This document shows, piece after piece, positions 10,045 to 18,523 of a stretch of 64,000 nt of DNA. The stretch comes from a bacterium. GTDB taxonomy: Bacteria; Sysuimicrobiota; Sysuimicrobiia; Sysuimicrobiales; Segetimicrobiaceae. The notes beneath the pieces were generated by a model. It did no database searches, was not told the origin of the DNA, and saw nothing but the letters and a program-made list of their open reading frames with translations. The translations under genes and the position numbers were made by a program. Within the stretch, counting starts at the first letter, position 1, and every line of letters begins with the position of its first letter. The stretch is from the NCBI GenBank assembly GCA_035691305.1, contig DASSJF010000005.1, positions 11,380 to 75,379 of the forward strand, in the 5' to 3' direction.

Positions 10045-10816
10045 CCTGCGCGGACGGCGCGCGGTCGTCACGGGCGGCAACTCGGGCATCGGGCGCGCGA
10101 TCGCGCTCGGGCTCGGCGCGGAAGGCGCCCGTGTGTGCGTCAACTACGTCGCGCACCCTGAGAGCGCGCAGGACGCCGTCAACGCGATCAGCGCCGGCGG
10201 CGGCGCGGCGATCGCGGTCCCGGCGGACGTGTCGGATCCGGCGCAGGTCGCGCAGCTGTTCGCGGACATCGACGCGGCCTGGGGCGGCATCGACATCCTG
10301 GTCAACAACGCCGGCGTCGACGGGGCCCGCGCCGCCGGCTGGGAGCAGACCATCGACGCGTGGCGGCGCGTGCTCGATATCAACCTCACCGGGGCGTACC
10401 TGTGCGCCCGCGAAGCGCTGCGCCGCATGGTGCCGAACCGACGCGGTGTCATCCTGAACCTTACCTCCGTGCACGAGCGCATTCCGTGGACGGGCTACGG
10501 CGCCTACACCGCGAGCAAAGCGGGGCTCAGCATGTTAACGAAGACGCTGGCGCAAGAAGCCGCGCCGTCCGGCGTGCGCGTCCTCGCCCTCGCGCCGGGC
10601 GCGATCGAGACACCGATCAACCGCGACGTCTGGACCGACCCGGCGCAACTCGCGGACCTGCTCACCAAGATCCCGATGGGACGCGTCGGCACGGTGGACG
10701 ACGTCGCGCGGATGGCGGTCGTGCTGGTGTCGGACGCCGCCCGCTACGTGACGGGTACGACCGTCTTTGTCGACGGCGGGATGACGCTGTATCCGTCGTT
10801 CATGCGGGGGGGATAG
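10034..10816 (+). CDS. SDR family oxidoreductase (glucose 1-dehydrogenase-like)
   Basis: 260 aa. TGGNSGIGRA Rossmann motif, NNAG, catalytic YxxxK (YTASK). GTG start overlaps the zwf stop. Confidence 0.85.
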   Translation: MELDLRGRRAVVTGGNSGIGRAIALGLGAEGARVCVNYVAHPESAQDAVNAISAGGGAAIAVPADVSDPAQVAQLFADIDAAWGGIDILVNNAGVDGARAAGWEQTIDAWRRVLDINLTGAYLCAREALRRMVPNRRGVILNLTSVHERIPWTGYGAYTASKAGLSMLTKTLAQEAAPSGVRVLALAPGAIETPINRDVWTDPAQLADLLTKIPMGRVGTVDDVARMAVVLVSDAARYVTGTTVFVDGGMTLYPSFMRGG

Positions 10817-10934
10817 ACGGTCCGCGCGTTTCGCGGCCGGTCTCCGCCGGGGGGAACGCCTTGTGCGCCAACGAAGTTCACGGCATTCCCGGCCGGTACG
10901 CGACCCGCCCGGCCGGCATGCCCGGAGGTGACCG

Positions 10935-11315
10935 ATGGCCCGCCAGTCCGTGTTTCCGTCAAGCCGCCCCCGCCCCGCCTCGCCGTACTCCCCCGGCATC
11001 ACGTTTGGAAACCTCGTTTTCACGTCGGGGCAGGTCGGAGCCGATCCGGCCGGACAGGTGCCGCCCGGCGTCCGCGAGCAGACCCGGAACTGCCTGGACA
11101 ATATCCAGGCGGTGCTGGAAGCTGCGGGCACGAACATGGGGCACGTGCTCAAAGCGACCGTGTTTCTCACCGACATCAAGGACTTCGCGGCGATGAACGA
11201 GATCTACCGCAAGGCATTCCCCGGCGATCTGCCGGCGCGATCGACGGTCGGCGTCAGCGCGCTCGCGCGGCCGGAACTGAAGGTGGAGATCGAGGTCGTC
11301 GCGGGGATGCCCTAG
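10935..11315 (+). CDS. ridA: RidA/YjgF family reactive-intermediate deaminase
   Basis: 126 aa. Conserved PARSTVGVSALARPELKVEIEVVA C-terminus. SD GGAGGTGA lies 5 nt upstream of the ATG. Confidence 0.85.
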   Translation: MARQSVFPSSRPRPASPYSPGITFGNLVFTSGQVGADPAGQVPPGVREQTRNCLDNIQAVLEAAGTNMGHVLKATVFLTDIKDFAAMNEIYRKAFPGDLPARSTVGVSALARPELKVEIEVVAGMP

Positions 11316-11319
11316 CCCG

Positions 11320-11355
11320 GCGCCGCCGGCGCATACCGCCGGCCTGCGGCCGGCG
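11320..11355. terminator. Two adjacent GC-rich hairpins in the convergent intergenic region (ridA / M20 peptidase); candidate bidirectional terminator
   Basis: GCGCCG-C-CGGCGC (11320-11332) and CGCCGGCC-TGC-GGCCGGCG (11337-11355). There is no U-tract, as is common in high-GC genomes. Confidence 0.3.
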
Positions 11356-11393
11356 ACCGTGAACGTGCGGGCGGCTCGTCCCGCGGGGCGGCG

Positions 11394-12536
11394 CTACAAC
11401 TCCGCCAGCACCCGGGCAAACCAGGCCGTACGCGGTGCCACGGTCTCCCGCCGGACGTGCTCCGTGTCGGCGTGCCCACCGCCGCCGACGGCGCCGAGGC
11501 CGTCGAGCGTCGGCACGCCGAGCGCGGCGGTGAAATTGCCGTCGCTCCCGCCGCCCGTGCCGCCGGCCGGCAGTTCGAAACCCTCGTCCGCCGCGATCGC
11601 GCGGGCCCGCTCGTAGAGCCGGCGGGACGCCGGCGTCTCTTCCATCGGCGGCCGGTTGAGGCCGCCGGTGACCCGCACGGTGGTCCCCGGCACGAACGGC
11701 GGCCGTTTGAGGATCGCGTCCTGGGCGCGCTGCGCCTCCGCCGCGGTTCGCACCCGCAGATCGATCTGCGCGTCGGCCGAGGCGGCGACGACGTTGGACC
11801 GCGTGCCGCCCCGGACGACACCGACGTTCATCGTCGTGCCGGCCGAAGCCAGCGGGACCGCCGAGTAGAGGTCTACGATTTGGCGGGCGAGTTCGAGCAC
11901 CGCGCTGCGGCCTTTCTCCGGATCGGCGCCGGCGTGGCTCGCCTGCCCGGTGACCTCAAGCCGGAACATCCCCACGCCCTTGCGCCACAGCTTGACGGCG
12001 CCTTCGGAGCCGACCGACGGCTCGAGCACCAGCACACATTCCGACTCCCGCGCGAGCGACTCGATGATCGGCCGCGACGTCGGGCTTCCCGCTTCTTCTT
12101 CCGTGTTGGCGAAGAACACGAACGTCTTGTCTTTCGCGGCGCTCTGTTCGCGCACGGCGCGGAGCGCCCACAGCGCCTGGATGTCCCCGGCCTTCATGTC
12201 GAAGGACCCCGGACCGGTGATCCGGTCGCCGTCGATGCGGCAGGGCAGCCGCTCGATCGTCCCGAGCGGCCACACGGTATCGACGTGCCCGAGCAGCAGA
12301 ATGCGGCGGGGACCGCGGCCGATCCGCGCTTCGAAGTGATCGCCCCACTCCCGCTGCGGATGCCAGACGATCTCGGCCGCGGCCGTATCGGCGAACCGGG
12401 CGGCGAGGTGGCGCGAGGCGTTGTCGACCGCCGTCTTCACGGTCGTCGGCGATTCCACTTCCACAAACGCTTTCAGATCGCCGAGGATCTCGTCGAAATG
12501 CCGGTCGACGAACATCCGGTACGGGCTGGGGCTCAT
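11394..12536 (-). CDS. M20 family metallopeptidase (glutamate carboxypeptidase/carboxypeptidase G2-like)
   Basis: 380 aa. HVDTV metal-binding motif, FANTEEEAGS and dimerisation-domain features. Confidence 0.8.
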   Translation of the reverse strand: MSPSPYRMFVDRHFDEILGDLKAFVEVESPTTVKTAVDNASRHLAARFADTAAAEIVWHPQREWGDHFEARIGRGPRRILLLGHVDTVWPLGTIERLPCRIDGDRITGPGSFDMKAGDIQALWALRAVREQSAAKDKTFVFFANTEEEAGSPTSRPIIESLARESECVLVLEPSVGSEGAVKLWRKGVGMFRLEVTGQASHAGADPEKGRSAVLELARQIVDLYSAVPLASAGTTMNVGVVRGGTRSNVVAASADAQIDLRVRTAAEAQRAQDAILKRPPFVPGTTVRVTGGLNRPPMEETPASRRLYERARAIAADEGFELPAGGTGGGSDGNFTAALGVPTLDGLGAVGGGGHADTEHVRRETVAPRTAWFARVLAEL

Positions 12537-13711
12537 CGGCGGGCCCCCGGGTAGACCGTGTCATTGAGCCGGCGCAGCTCCGCGAGGTTGTCCGGGTGCA
12601 TCGTCCGGTTGCCGGATTCGAGGTCGTGGATCATTTCGATCAGCCGGACGTTGAGCGGAAGGTCCATACCGCGGGCCTGCCCGATCTTCACGATCTCGCC
12701 GATCTGTGAATCGACCTCGGTGCGGCGGCGGCGCACCGCGAGGTCACGCCAGATGCCGCTCTTCTGCTTCAGCGAGCCCCGATTGTGCTCCACGAGCGCG
12801 TCAAGACTGCGCCGAACACCCGCCCAGTCGCGCGGCCGGCGGAACCGCACCGCGTCGGGCTCATAACCGTCGAACGCCTCGCAGCGCACGTCTTCCGCCT
12901 CCGCCACGGCGGTGACTTCGGCCGCCAGGTTGGCGAGCAGCGCCTCGTTGGCCGCGTCGCCGAGTACGGCGGCCATCGTCTCGTCGACGACCGCAGTCGC
13001 GAACAGCATCGACGCGTAGCCCATCTTGCCCCACAAGTACCCCCAGATGTTGCGGGTAATCGTGGTGTTGGGCAGAAAGGCGTCGCGCATCATGTCCCCG
13101 AGGGCCTCGACCCGGGGCGTGCTCTCGCCGTTCAGCTCGCCGAGGTACAGCGCGCCGGGGCCGCCGTACATGATCCGCCCCGGGGCGTGGTAGTCCGCGC
13201 CGAAGTTGATGAAAGCGCCCACGGTCCGCGCGGCGCCGAGCCGCGCCGCGATCGCCCGTTCGTTGAGGCCATTCTGCATCGACACGACGTACCCGTCCTC
13301 CGCCAGAATCGGCGCGACCACGTCGAGTCCGGCTGCGGTGTGCTGCGCCTTGACCGCGAGCATCACGGTGCGGGCCGGACGCTCCCCGAGCGCGGCGCGC
13401 AGTCCGTCCGGCGTGACCGCCGGCACGCGCACCGTAAACGTGTCCCGCCCTTCGATGTGGAGACCGTCCCGGCCCACCGCCTCCACGTGGTCGCGCGCGG
13501 CGTCCACGAGCAGGACCGCGCGGCCCTGCCGCGCGAGATGCGCGCCGATCGTCCCCCCGATCGCGCCCGCGCCGACGATGACGATCGGTTCCGGCACCGC
13601 GCCGCGGTTCCGGCCGGCGTCCGTCGAGCGTTCGCGCGCGTCCTGTAACTTGCCGGCAGTGCGCTGCCGCTCACGGTGATACGCGTCCATCGCCCAGTCG
13701 ATCGCCATCAC
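12533..13711 (-). CDS. 2-dehydropantoate 2-reductase family protein (ketopantoate reductase PanE/ApbA-like)
   Basis: 392 aa. IVIVGAGAIGG Rossmann motif and the ApbA C-terminal domain pattern. Confidence 0.75.
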   Translation of the reverse strand: MMAIDWAMDAYHRERQRTAGKLQDARERSTDAGRNRGAVPEPIVIVGAGAIGGTIGAHLARQGRAVLLVDAARDHVEAVGRDGLHIEGRDTFTVRVPAVTPDGLRAALGERPARTVMLAVKAQHTAAGLDVVAPILAEDGYVVSMQNGLNERAIAARLGAARTVGAFINFGADYHAPGRIMYGGPGALYLGELNGESTPRVEALGDMMRDAFLPNTTITRNIWGYLWGKMGYASMLFATAVVDETMAAVLGDAANEALLANLAAEVTAVAEAEDVRCEAFDGYEPDAVRFRRPRDWAGVRRSLDALVEHNRGSLKQKSGIWRDLAVRRRRTEVDSQIGEIVKIGQARGMDLPLNVRLIEMIHDLESGNRTMHPDNLAELRRLNDTVYPGARR

Positions 13712-13715
13712 GCCG

Positions 13716-15434
13716 TCACCACGCGACCGCGTAGCCGTTGCGGCGCGGGTCCGCGGCGCCGGCGAGCCAGCCGGTAGCCGGGTCGCGCTGCACGCCCTGG
13801 ACGCCGCCGACCTTCATCGACCACGGACCCAGCGTGTCCACCGCGTAGCCCCGCCGCGCGAACGCCTCGCGGGTCGCCCGCGGCATCCGCGACTCGACGC
13901 GGAGGCCCTGTGCCGGCAGCGGATCTCCGACGTCGTCGATCCATCGAAACCGAGGCGCCGCGATCGCGTCCTGCAGGTTGAGGCCGAAATCGATCAGGTT
14001 CACGAGTACCTGTACCGTCGTCACGAGAATACCGTAGGATCCCGGCGTGCCGACGGTCGACCAGAACCGGCCGTTGCGGAACAGATGCACCGGCGCGATC
14101 GGCCACTCGTGCCGCTTCCCCGGCGCGACCTGATTCGGGTGGCCCGGCCGGTTGGTGAACCAGTGCATCGCATTGTTGAGGCAGACGCCGGTCCCGGGCA
14201 CGACGACCCCGCAGCCGAAGCCGTGGCCGAGGCTGTGCGTGATGTTGACCGCAAGGCCGCTCGCGTCCGCGGCGGCGAGGTGCGTCGTCGACCGAATCCC
14301 GCCCGCATCCGCCGCGGCGCCGGCCGCACGCGCTCCACCGCCCCGCGCCGCATCCGTCCACGGGTGAAGCTCGCTCCGAAGCGCCGCCAGATGGTCCGCG
14401 GACAGCACCCGCGCCACCGGCACGTCGACCGCGTCGGGGTCGCCGACATAGCGGTCGGTATCGAGGCGGGCGAGACGGGCCGCCTCCGCGACCGCGCCCA
14501 CGTGGGCGGGACTCAAATGCTCCGCTTGTCCCAGATCGATACCGTTCAGGATGCCGAGGGTCCCGAGTACTTGGACGGCGCTCGTCGGGGGTGGCGGCGC
14601 GTACACCGTCACGCCGCGGTAGTCGATCGAGATTGGATCCGTCCAGTGCAGTTCCTCGGGGTAGTCGCGCAGGTCGCGGTCGGTGATGAGGCCGCCGTGA
14701 TCGCGCATCAGACGGGTGATCGCCTGTCCCAGCGGCCCCTGGTACAGATAGCCCGGCCCGTCGGCGGCGATCCGCCGCAACGTGGCGGCGAGATTTGGCT
14801 GAACCAGCAGCGCGCCCGGCGGCGGGACCGCGCCCCCATGGAAGTAGGTGGCCACGCCCTCCTGCGTGAGGCGCCCGCCACTCTCCCTGAACATCATCTC
14901 GTCAAACAGCGTGAACGGCACGCCGCGCTCCGCATACTCGATCGCCGGCTCGAGGACGCGGGCGAGCGGCATCGTGCCGTGCTCGGCGAGCACGCGCGCC
15001 CATCCGGCGAGGTTGCCGGGGACCGCCGGTGCCTCGTAGCCCGTATCGGGGAGTCCCGCCGCGAACCGCTCGGCCGTCGCGGCGGCGGGGGCGCGGCCGA
15101 GGAAGATCAGCGCCTTCGGCGTCTGCTCGGGACGCGTAAGCATCAGTGCGCCGCAACCGGCGAGGCCGGACATGTAGGGCTCCACGACGCCGATCGCCGC
15201 GGCCGCGGCGACCACCGCGTCGACGGCGTTGCCGCCCTGCGCCAGCATGCGCACGCCGGCCATCGTCGCGAGCGGATTGGCCGTCGCGACGACGCCGCGC
15301 TGCCCGTACACCACCGGGCGCAGCCCGAAGCGGCTCGCGAACGTTGTGTGTCCGGACCCTTCCGTGCTCATCGGTGTCCCCCCGGACGGAGCTTCAGAAA
15401 CGCGGGGACGGCCGGCGCCGGCCGTCCCCGTCAT
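13716..15434 (-). CDS. ggt: gamma-glutamyltransferase
   Basis: 572-aa ORF; the true start is probably the internal M (MSTEGSG, about 15371). Autoprocessing-site threonine context TTHLAAAD and a GGG...VVPGTGV small subunit. Confidence 0.9.
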   Translation of the reverse strand: MTGTAGAGRPRVSEAPSGGTPMSTEGSGHTTFASRFGLRPVVYGQRGVVATANPLATMAGVRMLAQGGNAVDAVVAAAAAIGVVEPYMSGLAGCGALMLTRPEQTPKALIFLGRAPAAATAERFAAGLPDTGYEAPAVPGNLAGWARVLAEHGTMPLARVLEPAIEYAERGVPFTLFDEMMFRESGGRLTQEGVATYFHGGAVPPPGALLVQPNLAATLRRIAADGPGYLYQGPLGQAITRLMRDHGGLITDRDLRDYPEELHWTDPISIDYRGVTVYAPPPPTSAVQVLGTLGILNGIDLGQAEHLSPAHVGAVAEAARLARLDTDRYVGDPDAVDVPVARVLSADHLAALRSELHPWTDAARGGGARAAGAAADAGGIRSTTHLAAADASGLAVNITHSLGHGFGCGVVVPGTGVCLNNAMHWFTNRPGHPNQVAPGKRHEWPIAPVHLFRNGRFWSTVGTPGSYGILVTTVQVLVNLIDFGLNLQDAIAAPRFRWIDDVGDPLPAQGLRVESRMPRATREAFARRGYAVDTLGPWSMKVGGVQGVQRDPATGWLAGAADPRRNGYAVAW

Positions 15435-15464
15435 CGCGGTCAGTTGGAGGGCAGCGTCGCCGCC

Positions 15465-15671
15465 TCAGCGGGCAACGCGCACGTTGGACGCCTGCGGTCC
15501 TTTGCGGCCCTGTGTCTCCTCGTACTCGACCTTGTCACCCTCGTTCAGGCTCTTGTAGCCGTCGATCTGAATCGCGCTGTAGTGAACGAACAGGTCTTTT
15601 CCGCCCGTCTCCGGCGTGATGAACCCGTATCCCTTCTCCGCGCTGAACCACTTCACCGTCCCAACCGGCAT
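15465..15671 (-). CDS. cspA: cold-shock protein (CspA family)
   Basis: Internal start [34 protein letters not shown] with RNP1/RNP2 motifs. ATG at 15671 with GAGGTGGGAA SD. The upstream part of the 100-aa track ORF is not coding. Confidence 0.95.
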   Translation of the reverse strand: MPVGTVKWFSAEKGYGFITPETGGKDLFVHYSAIQIDGYKSLNEGDKVEYEETQGRKGPQASNVRVAR

Positions 15672-15737
15672 CCCGTTCCCACCTCGGTCCCGTGCCGTGC
15701 TATCAACCGACTTCTTCAGCCTGCCGATGCACGTTTG

Positions 15738-15767
15738 AGTATGCCACAGCAGTTTTTTCGCGCGCAA
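15738..15767 (-). promoter_or_regulatory. putative sigma70-type promoter of cspA (-35 TTGCGC, 18-nt spacer, extended -10 TGgCATACT)
   Basis: Read on the minus strand about 60 nt upstream of the cspA ATG. Cold-shock genes typically have long 5' UTRs. Confidence 0.3.
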
Positions 15768-15768
15768 G

Positions 15769-15793
15769 GCCCGCGCAACTCCGCCGCGCGGGC
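15769..15793 (-). terminator. GC hairpin immediately downstream of the ketopantoate-reductase gene stop
   Basis: GCCCGCGC-AACTCCGCC-GCGCGGGC, an 8-bp perfect stem with no U-tract. Confidence 0.3.
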
Positions 15794-15799
15794 GCGGAT

Positions 15800-16756
15800 T
15801 TAGCCGTCATCATGCGACGGCGCCGGGATCGCCGGCGGCCCGTTCTCAAACGGGCGCAGCGCGGCGTAGATCGTCCAGGTGACCGGCACCGGCACCTCGC
15901 GCGCGCGGCCGAGGCGCACCATGGTGCCGTTGAGCGTCTCGAGCTCGAGGCGGCGTCCTTCGAGCAGGTCCAACGCCATCGAGCCGCGCATCCACGGCTC
16001 GAGCTTCGCCATGAACCCGAGCGTCTGCTCGGTGAAGCGCGCGGCCACGTGGATTCCTTCCGCCTTCGCGACGGCGACGCCCTCGTCGAGCGTCGCGCGC
16101 AGCAGTCCCGTGGTCTCGCGATCCGCGAAGATCGGCCCCGCCGGCAGGCGCGTCAGCGCGGTGACCCCGCTCGCAGAGCAGATGAAGATGAACTTCTCCC
16201 ACAACGCCACTTTGACGTCGGACCGCGCCTCGATCGCGATGCCGGCGGCCTGGAACGCCTTCGCCAGCGACGCGCTGCGCGCGCTTTCGCCGCCCGCCAT
16301 TTCCCCGAAGATCAGCCTGCCCGGGCCGCCCGCCTGTACCACGACGCCGGGCTCTTGAATGAAGGCGGAGACCTGCGCGGCCAGGCCGAGGACGTGCTCC
16401 GGACCGGCGGCCGCGGCGATCCGGTCCTCGTTGTCGATGCCGTTCTGCATCGACATGATCACCGTCTGAGGCCCGACGAGCGACCGCAGCGCCGGCAGCA
16501 CCGCGTCCATGCTATAGGTCTTGACGCACACCAGGACGAGGTCCACCGGGCCGATCGACCGGATGTCGTCGGTGGCGGCGGCCCGGACGGTGAAGTTGCC
16601 GGCGAGGCGCGAGTTGACCGTCAGGCCGTTCGCGCGAATCGCGTCGAGGTGCGGGCCTCGTGCGACGAAGATGACCTCGTGTCCCGCGCGCGCGAGGAGC
16701 CCGCCGAAGTAGCCGCCGGTGCCGCCGGTGCCGAGGACCGCGACCCGCATGCTCAA
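15800..16756 (-). CDS. panE: 2-dehydropantoate 2-reductase (ketopantoate reductase family)
   Basis: 318 aa. [15 protein letters not shown] Rossmann motif and the ApbA_C domain pattern. Second family member in this window. Confidence 0.8.
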   Translation of the reverse strand: MSMRVAVLGTGGTGGYFGGLLARAGHEVIFVARGPHLDAIRANGLTVNSRLAGNFTVRAAATDDIRSIGPVDLVLVCVKTYSMDAVLPALRSLVGPQTVIMSMQNGIDNEDRIAAAAGPEHVLGLAAQVSAFIQEPGVVVQAGGPGRLIFGEMAGGESARSASLAKAFQAAGIAIEARSDVKVALWEKFIFICSASGVTALTRLPAGPIFADRETTGLLRATLDEGVAVAKAEGIHVAARFTEQTLGFMAKLEPWMRGSMALDLLEGRRLELETLNGTMVRLGRAREVPVPVTWTIYAALRPFENGPPAIPAPSHDDG

Positions 16757-17691
16757 CGCACCCGCACGCCGGACGGCGTCAGAAGATACGTATCACCGGG
16801 CCTGGGGTCGAACGCCCGCACCCGTCCCCGCAGAGCCGGCCGCGCGTTGACCGCGTCGACGAAAGCGCGCCCGCGGCGGTCCGCGGGCATGAACGACGCG
16901 TGGTGCTGCGGGAAGACCGCGACGAGGTCCGGGTTGTCGGCGCGCAGGAGTTCGGCGGCGATCGCCGCCTCGTCCGGCAGCATCCCGGAGGCGATCGGCA
17001 GCAGCGCGACTTGCGGCCGGTAGAGCCGGCCGTACAGCTGCAGGTCCATCGTGAGGGCGGTGCTGCCGGCGTGGTAAATGCGCACGCCGTTCTCCAGCGT
17101 GACGATGAAGCCGAGCGCGGGACCGCCATACACGGCGGCTGGAACGCCGGGCAGCGCCGGTGCGCCGGACCCGTGGATCGAGTTGACGACCTGGATCTTG
17201 ATGCCGTCGATGTCCCAGCGCGAGCCTGGTCCGCTCCGCAAGATCTTCGCCGTGTCGACGCCGCGGCCCACCATCCACTGCGCGAGCTCGAACGTCGTCA
17301 CGACGCTCGCGCCGGTCTTGCGCGCGATTTCCACAGTCATGCCCTGGTCGTCGGCGTGGCCGTCCGCGGCGAGGATAAGGTCGGCCTTGTCGATGTCTTC
17401 GAGGCTGACCGGGGACTCCTGATTTCGGAACGCCGCCCGCGGGTCGTTGAGCGCGGGGTTGAAGAGGAGCACCCGGCCGCGCGGGGTCGTGACCCGGAAG
17501 AACTGCCACCCGAGCCACTCCAGCTTGGCGGGCGGCGCGGCGGACTGCGCCTCCGCCGCTTTCGGCCGCGCGTAGTCCGCGACCGCGGTCGCGGCGCTTC
17601 GGAGCGCGTCCGGCCACGCGAGCGAGGTCACGAGCAGGGCCGTCGCCGTCACGGCCCAGAGCATCATCGGCAGGAACAGGTATCGGCGCAT
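16753..17691 (-). CDS. MBL-fold metallo-hydrolase, secreted (UPF0173-like)
   Basis: The real start is the internal M (MRRYLFLPMMLWAVTATALL signal peptide) with a perfect AAGGAGG SD 5 nt upstream. HAGSTAL/ADGHADD metal-binding motifs. The 5' part of the 378-aa track ORF is unlikely to be coding. Confidence 0.75.
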   Translation of the reverse strand: MRRYLFLPMMLWAVTATALLVTSLAWPDALRSAATAVADYARPKAAEAQSAAPPAKLEWLGWQFFRVTTPRGRVLLFNPALNDPRAAFRNQESPVSLEDIDKADLILAADGHADDQGMTVEIARKTGASVVTTFELAQWMVGRGVDTAKILRSGPGSRWDIDGIKIQVVNSIHGSGAPALPGVPAAVYGGPALGFIVTLENGVRIYHAGSTALTMDLQLYGRLYRPQVALLPIASGMLPDEAAIAAELLRADNPDLVAVFPQHHASFMPADRRGRAFVDAVNARPALRGRVRAFDPRPGDTYLLTPSGVRVR

Positions 17692-17825
17692 CAATTTCCT
17701 CCTTGGCGACATTGCGGCATGGCGCCGCGGCATATTATCGTGAGGGTTGTTTGTAACGATTCTTCGCCGGCGCGCGATCCCCGCTCTCCAGACCGTCTGA
17801 ACGGAACGCGCGCCCCGGAATCGCC

Positions 17826-17831
17826 TATAAT
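17826..17831 (+). promoter_or_regulatory. consensus -10 hexamer TATAAT about 30 nt upstream of the ycnI-like start; weak -35
   Basis: CGCCTATAATGAACC, followed by AAGGGGGA SD and ATG at 17862. Lies in a locally AT-richer 170-bp divergent region. Confidence 0.4.
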
Positions 17832-17861
17832 GAACCGGGCGACCGGAGACCAAGGGGGACC

Positions 17862-18497
17862 ATGCGGCAGCACGCACCGGGTTGGGCAATCACGACGGCG
17901 GCCGTCCTTGGGTTGTTGAGCTGGGTAACGATGCCCGCTTTGGCCCACGAGCATCGCACAGCGGGAACCGTCGCCATGACGGTAGGATGGGGCGACGAGC
18001 CCGCGTACACCGGTATGAAGAACACGGTGCAGGTTATCCTCGCCGATAAAGCCGGCAAACCGATCGAGGACGTTACCGACACCCTCAAGGTGGAGGTTCG
18101 CTTCGGATCCCAGCTCAGCGGGCCGCTCGACATCGAGCGCGCCTTCGGGCGGACCTTCGGGCGGCCGGGCGACTACCGGGCGCAGATCGTGCCCACCCGG
18201 CCGGGCACCTATTCGTTCCACTTCACCGGTACGGTGGACAACCAGAAGATCGACGAGACGTTTACATCGTCAGACAAGACGTTCGACGATGTCCGGGAGG
18301 CGACCGCGATCGAGTTCCCCGCCAAAGATCCGTCCACGGCGGACCTCAACGGCTTGGTCCAGCGGCTCGGTCCCCGCGTCGGCGAGGCCGCATCGGCTGC
18401 GGGCCGTGCCGTCACCGTCGGGACAATCGGGCTGATCGCCGGCCTTGTGGGCATCGCCGTCGGCCTGGGCGCGATGCGGCGGAAGCGGCCCGGATAA
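17862..18497 (+). CDS. YcnI-like (DUF1775-like) secreted, C-terminally membrane-anchored putative copper-binding protein
   Basis: 211 aa. Signal peptide ending ALA|HEH gives a mature N-terminal His. A C-terminal TM helix is followed by RRKRPG. First gene of an operon with a CopC-CopD fusion. The fold assignment is inferred from architecture and context, not from strong motif identity. Confidence 0.45.
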   Translation: MRQHAPGWAITTAAVLGLLSWVTMPALAHEHRTAGTVAMTVGWGDEPAYTGMKNTVQVILADKAGKPIEDVTDTLKVEVRFGSQLSGPLDIERAFGRTFGRPGDYRAQIVPTRPGTYSFHFTGTVDNQKIDETFTSSDKTFDDVREATAIEFPAKDPSTADLNGLVQRLGPRVGEAASAAGRAVTVGTIGLIAGLVGIAVGLGAMRRKRPG

Positions 18498-18523
18498 CGG
18501 CGAAGTCGTCGGGCATCGAAACG

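Noticed and set aside
15672-15767. N-terminal 32 codons of the 100-aa cspA track ORF ([19 protein letters not shown]...)
   Set aside because: The Csp fold starts at MPVGTVKWF, which has its own SD. The upstream segment overlaps the promoter and leader and is not part of the protein.
17692-17889. N-terminal 66 codons of the 378-aa MBL-hydrolase track ORF
   Set aside because: The signal peptide MRRYLFLPMMLW begins at the internal ATG 17691, preceded by a perfect AAGGAGG SD. The extension is basic, low-complexity and runs into the divergent promoter.
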